From Angustibacter luteus (GTDB taxonomy: Bacteria > Actinomycetota > Actinomycetes > Actinomycetales > Angustibacteraceae): 64,000 bases of DNA. The position numbers and the translations under genes were made by a program. The stretch covers positions 186,001-250,000 of the forward strand of contig NZ_BAABFP010000002.1 in the NCBI RefSeq assembly GCF_039541115.1, given 5' to 3'. The notes beneath the pieces are model-generated. The model ran no database searches. It saw nothing but the letters and a program-made list of their open reading frames with translations, and was not told the origin of the DNA. Of the stretch, positions 34,572 through 44,603 are shown piece by piece (the first letter of the stretch is position 1; each line of letters opens with the position of its first letter).

Positions 34572-35519
34572 TCAGCCCTTGGACTTCTCGATCGCCTCGG
34601 TGGCCTGGGGCAGCACGGTGAACAGGTCGCCCACGACGCCGAAGTCGACGAGCTCGAAGATCGGCGCCTCCTCGTCCTTGTTCACGGCGACGATCGTCTT
34701 GGAGGTCTGCATGCCGGCCCGGTGCTGGATGGCGCCGGAGATGCCGTTGGCGACGTACAGCTGCGGCGAGACGGTCTTGCCGGTCTGGCCGACCTGGTTG
34801 GCGTGCGGGTACCAGCCGGCGTCGACGGCCGCGCGGCTCGCGCCCACGGCGGCACCGAGGGCGTCGGCGAAAGCCTCGACCGGCCCGAAGTCACCGTTGG
34901 TGCCGCGACCGCCGGAGACCACGATCGCGGCCTCGGTGAGGTCGGGACGGCCGGTCTTCTCGCGCGGCTTGCGCTCGGTGATCTTCGCGGCCCTGGCGGC
35001 GTCGGAGATCGTGGGCTCGAAGGCCTCGTCGGCCGCGGCGGCCGGAGCGGCCTCCGGGGTGGCCGAGTTGGGCTTGACCGTGATGATCGGTGTGCCGGTG
35101 GTGACCTTGGCCTGCACGGTGTACGAGCCGGCGAAGACCGACTGGGTGGTGGTCAGGTCGGCAGCGACGGCCACGGCATCGGTGATCAGGCCGGAGCCGG
35201 TCTTGATGGACAGCCGGGCCGCGATCTCCTTGCCCTCGGCGTTCGAGGCGATCAGGACGGCGGCCGGCGAGGTGCGCTCGACCAGCTGGGCCAGCGCCTC
35301 GGCGGTCGGGGCCACCAGGTGGTCGCTCACGTCGGCGGACTCGATGCGGTAGACCTTCGCCGCCCCGAACTCGGCCAGCGTGTCCTTCGCGGCGTCGAAG
35401 CCGCTGCCCACGAACACCGCGGACGGCTCGCCGAACTGGCGGGCGATCGTCAGCAGCTCGGTGGTGGTCTTGCGGACTGCCCCGTCGACGTGGTCGACGA
35501 GCACGAGAACTTCGCTCAT
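34572..35519 (-). CDS. etfA: Electron transfer flavoprotein alpha subunit
   Basis: [29 protein letters not shown]. Confidence 0.96.
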   Translation of the reverse strand: MSEVLVLVDHVDGAVRKTTTELLTIARQFGEPSAVFVGSGFDAAKDTLAEFGAAKVYRIESADVSDHLVAPTAEALAQLVERTSPAAVLIASNAEGKEIAARLSIKTGSGLITDAVAVAADLTTTQSVFAGSYTVQAKVTTGTPIITVKPNSATPEAAPAAAADEAFEPTISDAARAAKITERKPREKTGRPDLTEAAIVVSGGRGTNGDFGPVEAFADALGAAVGASRAAVDAGWYPHANQVGQTGKTVSPQLYVANGISGAIQHRAGMQTSKTIVAVNKDEEAPIFELVDFGVVGDLFTVLPQATEAIEKSKG

Positions 35520-35556
35520 CAGGCTTCTCCTTGGAAGTCAGGTCAGGACGGGACGG

Positions 35557-36357
35557 TCAGACGAACTTGCGGGACACCAGGAACTCGGCGAGCTTCGCGC
35601 CGCCCTCGCCCTCGTCGGTGACGACCTGGCCCGCCTCACGCGGCGGCCGCGCCGTGACGGACTCGACCGTCGTCCAGGCGGCGGCCAGACCGACGTCGCC
35701 GGCGTCGATGCCGAGGTCGCCGATCCCCCACGCCTGTACCGGCTTCTTCTTGGCGGCCATGATCCCCTTGAACGAGGGGTAGCGCGGCTCGTTGATCTGG
35801 TCGGTGACGCTGACCACGGCCGGCAGGCTCGAGGTGATCGTCTGCGTCGAGGCGTCACCGTCGCGGCGGATGGTGACCGAGTCACCGGAGACGGTGACCT
35901 CGCTGGCGTAGGTGACCTGCGGCAGGCCGAGGCGCTCGGCGAGCATCGCCGGGACGACGCTCATGGTGCCGTCGGTGGAGGCCATGCCGGTCAGCACGAG
36001 GTCGACCTTGGTCTCGGTGCCGAGCTTCTCGATCGCCTTGGCCAGCACCAGTGACGTGGCGGCGGCGTCTGAGCCGGCGATCGCGTCGTCGCTGACGTGC
36101 ACGCCCGCGTGGGCGCCCATCTGCAGCGACTTCTTCACGGCCTCGGCGGCGGACTCGGGACCCACGGTCAGCACGGTGACCTGGTCACCCTCGCCGCCAC
36201 CGGCCTCGACGATCTTCAGCGCCTCCTCGACGGCGTACTCGTCCAGCTCGGAGAGCCGTCCGTCGACGCCGACGCGGTCAGTGGTGTGGTCGGCGTCCTC
36301 GAACGTCCGGTCCGCTTGCGCGTCCGGCACGTACTTCACGCACACGACGATGTTCAT
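35557..36357 (-). CDS. etfB: Electron transfer flavoprotein beta subunit
   Basis: VCVKYVPD, DEYAVEEAL, NEPRYPS. Confidence 0.96.
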   Translation of the reverse strand: MNIVVCVKYVPDAQADRTFEDADHTTDRVGVDGRLSELDEYAVEEALKIVEAGGGEGDQVTVLTVGPESAAEAVKKSLQMGAHAGVHVSDDAIAGSDAAATSLVLAKAIEKLGTETKVDLVLTGMASTDGTMSVVPAMLAERLGLPQVTYASEVTVSGDSVTIRRDGDASTQTITSSLPAVVSVTDQINEPRYPSFKGIMAAKKKPVQAWGIGDLGIDAGDVGLAAAWTTVESVTARPPREAGQVVTDEGEGGAKLAEFLVSRKFV

Positions 36358-36562
36358 GGTCGGGTCTCGACCTCCACTTGCAGCTCAACCGGCGCCTGCC
36401 GGGAGGGGACCGGGTCGTCCCGCTCGTCGGGGACCTAGCCTGCCAGTCGCGTCCATCAGGGACGTCACCGGTCCGCTTGGTCACCAGTGCACGATGTTAC
36501 CGGCGAGTAGTTTTCGGGCAAGCGGACGGCCGGTGAGCCCGGTCACACTGGAGCCGAGAGGG

Positions 36563-37357
36563 GTGAGCGCGATCCACGACGACGTCCGAGTACCGGCGAC
36601 CCCGTTGACCCTCACCGGCGAGCGCACCGCACCGGGGATCTGGCACGAGCAGTACTGGTTCGCCCGGCACCTCGCGGCGTACCGGTACGTCGCCGCCGAG
36701 ATCGTGGCAACCAGGGCCGCCCTGGCGACCGACGTTGCCACGATCACGCTCGAGGCGGGCTGCGGCGAGGGGTATGGGCTGGACGAGCTCGCCGCCGGCG
36801 GGTCGCGGGTCGTCGGGCTCGACTACGACGCCGTGACGGTGCGGCACGCGGCCGCGACCTACGGGCGGGACGTGCTGCGCGGCAACGTCGTCCGGCTGCC
36901 GCTCGCGGACGCGAGCGTGGACGCGGCGGTCAGCCTGCAGGTCATCGAGCACATCTGGACGCCGCACGAGCTCGTCGCCGACCTGCGCCGGGTGCTGCGG
37001 CCCGGCGGCCTGCTTGCCGTGTCGACCCCGAACCGGCTCACCTTCTCCCCCGGACTCGGCCGCGGCGAGCGGCCGACGAACGCCTTCCACGTGCGCGAGT
37101 ACGACGACGAGGAGCTGGCCCGGTTGGTCGGCGCCGGGTTCGGGCCGGTGCAGCGACTCGGCGTGCAGCGAGGCCCCAGGCTGCGCGCGCTCGACGCGCG
37201 GTTCGCCTCGTTCCCGGCGGCCCAGCTCGCCACGCCGCCCGAGCGGTGGCCGGACGACCTGGCGGACGCCGTCCGGGCCGTCCGGGCCGAGGACTTCGAG
37301 ATCGGACCCGCGGACGACGACGCGCTCGACCTGCTGGTGATCGCGGGGCAGCGATGA
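36563..37357 (+). CDS. SAM-dependent methyltransferase (Rv3030-like)
   Basis: LTLTGERT.P...YWF.RH, LEAGCGEGYG, SLQVIEH, STPNRLTFSPG. Confidence 0.88.
   Translation: MSAIHDDVRVPATPLTLTGERTAPGIWHEQYWFARHLAAYRYVAAEIVATRAALATDVATITLEAGCGEGYGLDELAAGGSRVVGLDYDAVTVRHAAATYGRDVLRGNVVRLPLADASVDAAVSLQVIEHIWTPHELVADLRRVLRPGGLLAVSTPNRLTFSPGLGRGERPTNAFHVREYDDEELARLVGAGFGPVQRLGVQRGPRLRALDARFASFPAAQLATPPERWPDDLADAVRAVRAEDFEIGPADDDALDLLVIAGQR
36700..36745. repeat. 46-bp palindromic element, family B copy 2, within the methyltransferase CDS
   Basis: GATCGTGGCAAC-N22-GTTGCCACGATC with perfect 12-bp terminal arms. Confidence 0.8.
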
Positions 37358-38895
37358 GCAGGCCGATGAGCGATCCGGTCGGCGCCTTCGCCCTCGTCCT
37401 GCACAGCCACCTGCCCTGGCTGGCCCACCACGGCCGCTGGCCCGTCGGCGAGGAGTGGCTGCACCAGGCGTGGGCGTCGTCGTACCTGCCGCTGACGCGA
37501 CTGCTGGACGAGCTGGCCGACGAGGGACGACGCGACGTCCTGACGCTCGGCGTGACCCCGGTGCTGGCCGCGCAGCTGGACGACCCTGGGTGCCTGGCCG
37601 CCACCGAGACGTGGGTCGGGATGTGGCAGGCGAGGGCGGCCGAGCTCAGCACGCGGACCGACCCGCGCTGGCGTGAGCTGGCATCGCGCGAGTTCCTCGC
37701 GGGTGCCCAGGCGGCCCGGTCGCTGGCGACCCGCTGGCGGGCCGGCGGCAGCCCGGTGCTGCGCTCGTTGGCCGACGCCGGAGTGATCGAGCTGCTCGGC
37801 GGTCCGGCCACCCACCCGTTCCTGCCACTGCTGGACGACCGGGTCGGCCGGTTCGCCCTGAGCGCCGGGCTGGACGACGCGCGGGCGCGGTTCGGCGGGT
37901 TCGGTGGCGGCATCTGGGCGCCGGAGTGCGGCTACTCCCCTGGCCTGGAGCAGCTCTACGCCGCCGCCGGGGTCAGCCACTTCCTCGCCGACGAGGTGAC
38001 GCTCGCCGCAGGCGGGCGGCCCACCTCAGCCGCGTGGACGGTGCGCGGCAGCGGAGTCGCCGTGTTCGGTCGGGACCTGACGGTCACGGACCGGATCTGG
38101 AGCTCGCGCACCGGGTACCCCACCGGCGCGGACTACCGGGACTTCCACGCCATCGACCACGCGAGCGGCCTGCACCCGTACCGGGTCACCGGCGCCGGAG
38201 TGCCTTCTGACGCGAAGGCGCTCTACGAGCCGGCGCGCGCGGTGGCCGCCGTCGAGCGGGACGCGCAGGACTTCGTGCGCCGGGTCCGCGACCGGCTGCG
38301 GGAGGTCGCCGACCGCGACGGGCAACCAGGCCTGGTCGTCGCCGCCTACGACACCGAGCTGTTCGGCCACTGGTGGCACGAGGGTCCGGCCTTTCTGCGA
38401 CGAGTGCTCCGACTGCTCCCCGAGGCCGGAGTGCGGCTCACGACGCTGCGCGGCGCCCTCGAGGCGGGGGCGGCGCGGGGTGACGTCGCCCTGCCAGCCG
38501 GGTCGTGGGGGGCGGGAAAGGACTTCCGGGTGTGGGACGGTCCGATGGTGAAACCGTTGGTGGACGAGGGTTTCTGGGTGCAGCGCCGGCTGCTGGACGT
38601 CGTGGGCGAAGAGGCGCGCGCCGGCCGCCTGCTCGTGCGCCGCCCGGACCTCGACCAGCTGGCCCGCCAGGCGCTGCTGACACTGTCCAGCGACTGGGCG
38701 TTCATGGTCAGCCGGGACCAGGCGGCGGACTACGCCTGGCGGCGGGCCGACGAGCACCGCGCGGCGTTCCACCGGCTGGCCGAGCTCGTCCAGCGTCGCG
38801 ACCCAGGGGCGCAGGACGAGTCACGTCGACAGCGCGAGGTCGATGGGCCCTTCGGCGACCTGGACGCCAGGATCCTTGCGGCACAGGGAGGTTGA
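37354..38895 (+). CDS. GH57 alpha-glucan branching enzyme (Rv3031-like)
   Basis: LHSHLPW, THPFLPL, GIWAPECGY, YDTELFGHWWHEG, SSDWAF. Confidence 0.92.
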   Translation: MSRPMSDPVGAFALVLHSHLPWLAHHGRWPVGEEWLHQAWASSYLPLTRLLDELADEGRRDVLTLGVTPVLAAQLDDPGCLAATETWVGMWQARAAELSTRTDPRWRELASREFLAGAQAARSLATRWRAGGSPVLRSLADAGVIELLGGPATHPFLPLLDDRVGRFALSAGLDDARARFGGFGGGIWAPECGYSPGLEQLYAAAGVSHFLADEVTLAAGGRPTSAAWTVRGSGVAVFGRDLTVTDRIWSSRTGYPTGADYRDFHAIDHASGLHPYRVTGAGVPSDAKALYEPARAVAAVERDAQDFVRRVRDRLREVADRDGQPGLVVAAYDTELFGHWWHEGPAFLRRVLRLLPEAGVRLTTLRGALEAGAARGDVALPAGSWGAGKDFRVWDGPMVKPLVDEGFWVQRRLLDVVGEEARAGRLLVRRPDLDQLARQALLTLSSDWAFMVSRDQAADYAWRRADEHRAAFHRLAELVQRRDPGAQDESRRQREVDGPFGDLDARILAAQGG

Positions 38896-38896
38896 G

Positions 38897-40096
38897 ATGC
38901 GGATCCTGCACCTGACCTTCGAGTACCCACCCTTCGTGCACGGCGGTCTGGGCCGGTACGTGCACGGGCTGGCTCGCGCCCAGGCCGCCGCCGGGCACGA
39001 CGTCACGGTGATCGCGCCGGGAGCCGACCTCTTCGCCTCGCCAGGCCCGGGTAGTGCGGCAGACGAGGAGACCGCCGAAGGGGTGCGGGTGCTGCGCGTC
39101 CCGGTGCCGAAGCGACTGCCGGGCCCGATCGCGCCCGAGGCCAAGAACGAGGTGCTGGACGCGGTCGGCGCCCTGGCGGGCGAGCTGCTGCACCTCGCTC
39201 TGCGGCAGCAGGCCGACGTGGTGCACGCGCACGACTGGATGACCGGGAGCAGCGGCCGGGGCGCCGCCCACGCCATGGCGGTGCCGATGGTGCTGACGGT
39301 GCACGCCACTGAGCGGGGTCGGCGGTTCGGCCGGCTGGACACCGCGCTGGCCCGGGCGATCGACGAGACGGAGCGCACCGCGGTCCACGTCGCCGACGCG
39401 GTGACGGTCTGCTCGGCGGCGATGGTCGACGAGGTTGCCCACCTCGGGCGGGACCCTCGTGACCTCACGGTCGTCCCCGGCGCGGTCGACGCACCAGCCT
39501 GGCGGGTCGACCCCGAGGTCCGGGCCGTTGCGCGGCAACGGTTCTCGCCGGACCGATCACTCCTGGTCGCGGCCGGCCGACTCGAATGGGAGAAGGGCTT
39601 CTCCACCCTGTTGCGCGCCGTCCCCGGGCTGACCCGGGCCGCCGGCCCGGTGCGGGTGGTGCTGGCCGGTGCCGGCTCGTACCAACCGACCCTGGTGGCC
39701 CTGGGCGACGAGGTGGGCGCCGACGTCCTGTTCGCCGGTCGGCTCGACCCGCCCCAGCTGGCCGCGTTGCTCGCGGCCGCGGACGCAGTCGTCGTGCCGA
39801 GCCGGTACGAACCGTTCGGTCTGATCGCGTTGGAGGCTCAGGCCAGCGGCGCGGCCGTGGTCGCCACCGCGGTCGGTGGGCTGGCCGACACCGTCCAGGA
39901 CGCCGTCACGGGCCGGTCGTTCGCGCCCGGGGACGTCGACCACCTGGCCGCGATCCTCGGTGACCTGCTCGCCGATCCCCTTGGGACGCAAGGGTTGGCA
40001 GCCGCCGGCCAGCTGGCCGCCGCGGAGCGCACCTGGGAGCGGGTCGCCCGCTGCGTCGAGTCCGTCTATCGCGGGGCCGGGCGGCCGACGAGCTAG
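38897..40096 (+). CDS. GT4 glycosyltransferase (Rv3032-like)
   Basis: FEYPP..GGLGR, HAHDW, HATE.GR, PSRYEPFGLIALEA. Confidence 0.9.
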   Translation: MRILHLTFEYPPFVHGGLGRYVHGLARAQAAAGHDVTVIAPGADLFASPGPGSAADEETAEGVRVLRVPVPKRLPGPIAPEAKNEVLDAVGALAGELLHLALRQQADVVHAHDWMTGSSGRGAAHAMAVPMVLTVHATERGRRFGRLDTALARAIDETERTAVHVADAVTVCSAAMVDEVAHLGRDPRDLTVVPGAVDAPAWRVDPEVRAVARQRFSPDRSLLVAAGRLEWEKGFSTLLRAVPGLTRAAGPVRVVLAGAGSYQPTLVALGDEVGADVLFAGRLDPPQLAALLAAADAVVVPSRYEPFGLIALEAQASGAAVVATAVGGLADTVQDAVTGRSFAPGDVDHLAAILGDLLADPLGTQGLAAAGQLAAAERTWERVARCVESVYRGAGRPTS

Positions 40097-40121
40097 GCCG
40101 CGGTTGTGCCGTTGGACGCCG

Positions 40122-40907
40122 CTACTGAACCGCTCCGTCGGCTCCCACCAGCACCGCGACGTGATCCGGGAGCGTCGCGATCCACTCCTGCGCCTGCGCA
40201 CCGCGGACGAACGCGGCGGTGGCGTACACGTCGGCCCAGGTCAGGTCTGGGCCGATCACGGTCGCCGACAGCAGGCCCGACGGCGGCGCCCCACTGGCCG
40301 GGTCGATGACGTGCTGCCCGCGAGCCGCCGTCCCGGACGTCGCGACCGCCCCTCGTCGAAGGCCGACCGTGCGCAGGACCCGGCTACGGTCCTGAGGGTC
40401 CTCGATGCCGATCGTCCAGTCCGGGGTGTCGGTGCGGGCGCAGGCCACGACGACGTCGCCGCCGGCGGACACCAGCAGGTCGTGCGGTTCTCCCTCGGCC
40501 ACCCGGTTCCGCAGCTCGTCGAACGCCTGCTCCACGGCCCAGCCCTTGACCAGGCCGGTCGGGTCGAAGGTGGGGACGCCGTCGGGGCCCGGCAGCCAGG
40601 CCGAGAAGGCCCCGTCCGTTCGGCGCGCAGCCTCCTCGCAGAGGGCGGCGACCTCACGAACCCGTGGCTCGGCGTCCGCGAGGGTCAGGTCGCCCCGGCG
40701 GATCCGGCTCACCGGACTGTCCGGTCGCCACGTGCTGAACCGGGCGTCGTCGTCGCGCAGCGCGGCGAAGAACGCCTCGACCGCCGCCGCGACCTCGTCG
40801 CCCCGGGCTTGCGGACCGCGCACGTGCACGCTGACCGGCAGCCCCATCACCTGCTGCACGAAGGCCTGCCGGGGCTGCTCCACCCCTTCCGGCAGCATGG
40901 TCGTCAC
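40122..40907 (-). CDS. apbE: FAD:protein FMN transferase
   Basis: FDPTGLVKGWAV, AGGD, VATSG, HVIDP, ADVYATA. Confidence 0.9.
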   Translation of the reverse strand: MTTMLPEGVEQPRQAFVQQVMGLPVSVHVRGPQARGDEVAAAVEAFFAALRDDDARFSTWRPDSPVSRIRRGDLTLADAEPRVREVAALCEEAARRTDGAFSAWLPGPDGVPTFDPTGLVKGWAVEQAFDELRNRVAEGEPHDLLVSAGGDVVVACARTDTPDWTIGIEDPQDRSRVLRTVGLRRGAVATSGTAARGQHVIDPASGAPPSGLLSATVIGPDLTWADVYATAAFVRGAQAQEWIATLPDHVAVLVGADGAVQ

Positions 40908-41398
40908 AGGTTTGCCTGGTCGATCGCCGACTGCAGCGACTGGATGTAGCCGTCGCTCGTCACGGTCGCGCCGCTGACGGCGTCGATGCTGCCGCTCTGG
41001 CTCTGCACCGCCTCGGAGTTCAGCTGCGGGACGGCGTAGGAGTTGATCTCCTGGTCGCGGGGGTTCTCGGTCGGGTAGACGACGGCGTCCGCCTTCGTGA
41101 TCTTGCCGCCCGACACCGTGATCGCGACCTGCACCGGTCCCCAGCGGGTGTCCACCGAGTCGCCCGTGTAGACGGTCGTGCCGCTGTCGGACGACGACCC
41201 ACTCGACGAGGAGTCACCCGACGTCGACGTGTCCCCAGAGGACGAGGTGCCGGATGACGAGGTGCCGGATGACGAGGTGCCGGCGTGGGCGGCCGCCTGC
41301 GGAGCCGCGGACAGCTGCGAGCTCGTGCTGGTGTGGTAGCTGAACAGCAGGACCAGGGCGGTCACGGTGCTCATCAGGGCGAAGGTGATGCGTCGCAC
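40904..41398 (-). CDS. Exported FMN-binding (flavinylated) protein
   Basis: N-terminal TM, Ser-rich linker, WGPVQV, DAVSGATVTS flavinylation motif. Confidence 0.9.
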   Translation of the reverse strand: MRRITFALMSTVTALVLLFSYHTSTSSQLSAAPQAAAHAGTSSSGTSSSGTSSSGDTSTSGDSSSSGSSSDSGTTVYTGDSVDTRWGPVQVAITVSGGKITKADAVVYPTENPRDQEINSYAVPQLNSEAVQSQSGSIDAVSGATVTSDGYIQSLQSAIDQANL

Positions 41399-41413
41399 GG
41401 GTCTATCTCCTCG

Positions 41414-42853
41414 TCACCAGCTGAAGCGTTCTTCGTGGATGTGTCGCTGCGGCACCCCGGCGTCCAGCGCCGCGGCTTTCATGGAGTCCACCCAGCCCTG
41501 TGCGCCGCAGACGTACACGTCGTGCTCGGCGATGTCGGGAACCAAGCGCACCAGCGCCTCGACGTCGGACAGGTGGGCCGCGTACTGCGGCAACCAGGTC
41601 GATCGGTCGGCGATCCGGTTCCCCAGCACGAAGACCACGCGAGCACCGGTCGCGGCGGAGAGCAGCTCGATCTCGCGCCGGAACACGACGTCCTGCTCGC
41701 TGCTGGCCCGGTACACGAGCGTCACGTCGCCCGGGTCTTGCGGCAGGGCCTCGAGCAGCCCGCGAAGCGGGGTGACGCCGATGCCACTGGCCAGCAGGGT
41801 CACCTTGCGGCGGGTCCGGACACCTGGGTGCAACCGGCCGAACGGGCCTTCGATGGCCACCCGGCTGCCCGGGCGGATGTGCCGCAGCGCGCCGCTGTCG
41901 TCGCCGAGGTCCTTCACCGTGATCCGCAGAGAGCTGCCGGTCGGCGCCGCGGAGAGCGAGTACGGGTGTCCACGGGTGCGGCCCGGGCCAGACAGGAATC
42001 GCCAGATGAGGAACTGGCCGGCGGCGACGGGCAGCCGGTGCAGGTGACGTCCGGTCATCGTGACGGAGATGATGCCGGGGCCTTCCTCGACGACGGAGGC
42101 GACCCGCAGGTCGTGGCGCACCGTCCGGTAGATCGGAAGACCGACCCGGAACACCAGGATCGCGGCGGCAGCGGCGATCCACAGCGACCACCAGTAGACC
42201 GTGGCGAACCAGTGGGTCAGGAAGTCCTCACCGGTCCACAGCTGGTGGGGCAGCGCCAGGCCTACGCCGAGGTAGGCGTAGAGGTGCAGCAGGTGCCAGG
42301 ACTCGTAGCGCAGCTTTCGACGGGAACGCTTGATGCTGGTGACGGCGACCATGACCAGCAGCACCGTCGCCGCCGCGGCCAGCAGCATCCCCGGGTAGTC
42401 GACGACCAGGTCCCACAGCTCGGCGAAGGGGTTCTTGCCGTCCTGGGACGCGTAGCCGAGCGTGATCAGCAGGATGTGCACGACCATGAGGTTCAGCGAG
42501 GTGAACCCGACCAGCCGGTGCCGACGAGCGAGCTCGTCCTGACCGTAGGTGCGCTCCACCAACGGGAGCCGAGCCATCAGCAGCACCTGGATGAGCAGCA
42601 GGTCGGCGGACACCAGCCCGGCGAGCCGGCCGATGCTGTTCACCCCAGACGCCCAACCGCCCAGCTCTTGCAGTTGCCCATCGGATACCCACAGCGCCAC
42701 GACGACCAGGACGCTCGCCCAGGTCAGCAGGCCGATGACGTCCCGGTGCCACGGCTGCGTGGCCGAGGGTCGCAGCGGCGTGGGCTGGGCGACCGGGGGG
42801 CTGACGGGGGCGGCCAGCGCGGGCAGAGGTCGGTGGCGAGACGTCATGGTCAT
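41414..42853 (-). CDS. Ferric reductase-like TM domain plus FAD/NAD(P)H-binding domain protein
   Basis: His-containing TMs (RRHR, VVH, YESWHLLH, PHQ); HPYSLS; GIGVTP; VCG; EERFSW. Confidence 0.9.
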   Translation of the reverse strand: MTMTSRHRPLPALAAPVSPPVAQPTPLRPSATQPWHRDVIGLLTWASVLVVVALWVSDGQLQELGGWASGVNSIGRLAGLVSADLLLIQVLLMARLPLVERTYGQDELARRHRLVGFTSLNLMVVHILLITLGYASQDGKNPFAELWDLVVDYPGMLLAAAATVLLVMVAVTSIKRSRRKLRYESWHLLHLYAYLGVGLALPHQLWTGEDFLTHWFATVYWWSLWIAAAAAILVFRVGLPIYRTVRHDLRVASVVEEGPGIISVTMTGRHLHRLPVAAGQFLIWRFLSGPGRTRGHPYSLSAAPTGSSLRITVKDLGDDSGALRHIRPGSRVAIEGPFGRLHPGVRTRRKVTLLASGIGVTPLRGLLEALPQDPGDVTLVYRASSEQDVVFRREIELLSAATGARVVFVLGNRIADRSTWLPQYAAHLSDVEALVRLVPDIAEHDVYVCGAQGWVDSMKAAALDAGVPQRHIHEERFSW

Positions 42854-42919
42854 CGTGGCCCGCCTTCCCTCGCGGCGCGCCTGCTGCGAGCCGTCGTGGG
42901 TCGATCGTGCACGGCCCTT

Positions 42920-42947
42920 CTGGGACTTTCCTGAGAGCGGACTGGAG
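42920..42947 (-). promoter_or_regulatory. Candidate OmpR/PhoB-family (MprA-like) direct-repeat box
   Basis: Minus strand CTCCAG-N5-TCTCAG-N5-TCCCAG, then a CACGAT -10-like hexamer. Confidence 0.55.
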
Positions 42948-42993
42948 CGACCGTACGAAGCACCGGCGGAGCGGGTTACCGGGTGGTGGCCGA

Positions 42994-43923
42994 CTATCCG
43001 GTCGAGTGGTCGAGGAGGACGGCGTGGGCTTGTTTGATCTGGACGTCGACGGGTGGGCCGGTGATGGGGACGGTGAGGTCGATGTCCTGCCAGGTGTCGC
43101 CGGGTAGTCGGTACTGGCCGGTGTAGGCGGCTTGGACGTGCACGTCGGCGTGGCCGTGGTCCAGGTAGGTGTGCCGGATCGTGCCCCGCGGGTAGGTCCC
43201 GCCGGGGTTGGCGGTGGGGCCCTGGTGGTGGCCGTCGCCGAAGTCGTAGGTGTAGGTGCTGGCCTGGGGGCGGATCTGCACGGTGCGCCCGAGCAGGGTG
43301 ATGGTGGCGACCTCACCGGGCTGGTAGCCGGTGGCCGGCCAGCGGACCTGGTAGTACGTCGGCAGGTTCACCAACGTGATGTTCCCCTCGGGCTGGACGT
43401 AGGTGATCGGCTTGGCGAACGCCAACCGGGCGAACGCCCGCCGCAACATCGCCTGCGTCACCCCCGGCCGCGCCGCCTTCATCGCCTCCCCCGGCGACCG
43501 ACACTCCGAACCCGTCCGCACCCACGGACCCTTGGCCCGGCCAGCGGCATCCAACGGTCGCCGCCAGGTCCAGAGCACCCACCCGCCATCCCCATGGCTC
43601 GCACACGATGTCGTCATGTACGCACACGCCATGTCGAAGCTCTCGACGCCACGGTTCGGATCATTCCCCGGACAACCCGGCGACCGAACCACGTCCCACG
43701 CGAGCAGGCGAGCTTCGACTGACCGGGGGTGATTGCCCCGTGCAGAAGAATGCGATTTCGATGAGGATCTGGTTCGGACATCGACTCGGACCCCACCTGT
43801 CGTCTTGCTACAGGCGATGCCCCCACAGTGAGGGCGTGCCTCGGCAGGCGAGGCGATCAAAGTCAGGGCAGTCACGGCAACGAGGAAGGCGCTGGCCCAG
43901 CGGAGAGCCTGTCGTCGCATCAA
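42994..43923 (-). CDS. Secreted Cys-containing protein with a C-terminal PKD-like domain
   Basis: Signal peptide ending AEA; LVNLPT, YTYDFGDG, GGTYP.G.I.HTY motifs. Confidence 0.75.
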   Translation of the reverse strand: MMRRQALRWASAFLVAVTALTLIASPAEARPHCGGIACSKTTGGVRVDVRTRSSSKSHSSARGNHPRSVEARLLAWDVVRSPGCPGNDPNRGVESFDMACAYMTTSCASHGDGGWVLWTWRRPLDAAGRAKGPWVRTGSECRSPGEAMKAARPGVTQAMLRRAFARLAFAKPITYVQPEGNITLVNLPTYYQVRWPATGYQPGEVATITLLGRTVQIRPQASTYTYDFGDGHHQGPTANPGGTYPRGTIRHTYLDHGHADVHVQAAYTGQYRLPGDTWQDIDLTVPITGPPVDVQIKQAHAVLLDHSTG

Positions 43924-44537
43924 CGCTTCACCTCGACGTACCTGACTTCATTGATCAGCCAGCGCCCGTTGTCCCAGCCGACCTCGAACTCCTGCTCGTT
44001 GGGTTCGCGCTTGATCGTCCATGCGGTTCGCCCAGTTGCGTCGAGCACCTTTCGCGCTTCCTGCACGTTGACGATGCGAACCAGCGCAGTGCGCATGGTC
44101 GACTCCGGCATCCACGAGGACGCCCGGATAGTCACGACGTCTCCGTCGACACGCTGGTGGTCGCGAACCAACTCGGAGGCGGTCTGTGCGTATGCAGCAC
44201 AGCTCTTGCACCGGCTTGCGGCGTAAGGCCGGATCGCGTCGGGATCGGGCTTGGCCCACGCCAGATTGAACTGCCCCACATAGAACTCCGCGAAGGCTTG
44301 GGCGGCCGCGTAGGTGTGCGCTCGGGCGGCCTTGGGCACCTTGGCGTACGCGGCATCGACTGACGACGTCCCGCTCGGCGACGCTGTCGCGGACCCCGCC
44401 GACGAGGCCGACCCGCCCGGCTCGGCTGTCGGTGTGTGATGCGACGGCCGAGCCGCCACCTCCCCGCCGCCCGAGCACCCCGCCAGCCCCAACCCCACGA
44501 CCACGGCGGCTGCCGCCACCCACCCCTTGATGATCAT
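43920..44537 (-). CDS. Lipoprotein (DUF6318-like)
   Basis: Lipobox LAGC; A.AFAEFY; CKSC motif; 4-nt overlap with the downstream gene. Confidence 0.75.
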   Translation of the reverse strand: MIIKGWVAAAAVVVGLGLAGCSGGGEVAARPSHHTPTAEPGGSASSAGSATASPSGTSSVDAAYAKVPKAARAHTYAAAQAFAEFYVGQFNLAWAKPDPDAIRPYAASRCKSCAAYAQTASELVRDHQRVDGDVVTIRASSWMPESTMRTALVRIVNVQEARKVLDATGRTAWTIKREPNEQEFEVGWDNGRWLINEVRYVEVKR

Positions 44538-44603
44538 GACCGCGACCCTACCCAAAACGGGGCAAACGCGGCGCGCATCTCGCGAGATCTGTGGACAACC
44601 CCG

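Noticed and set aside
41241..41283. 15-bp tandem repeat in the FMN-binding gene
   Set aside because: Encodes an ordinary GTSSS flexible linker.
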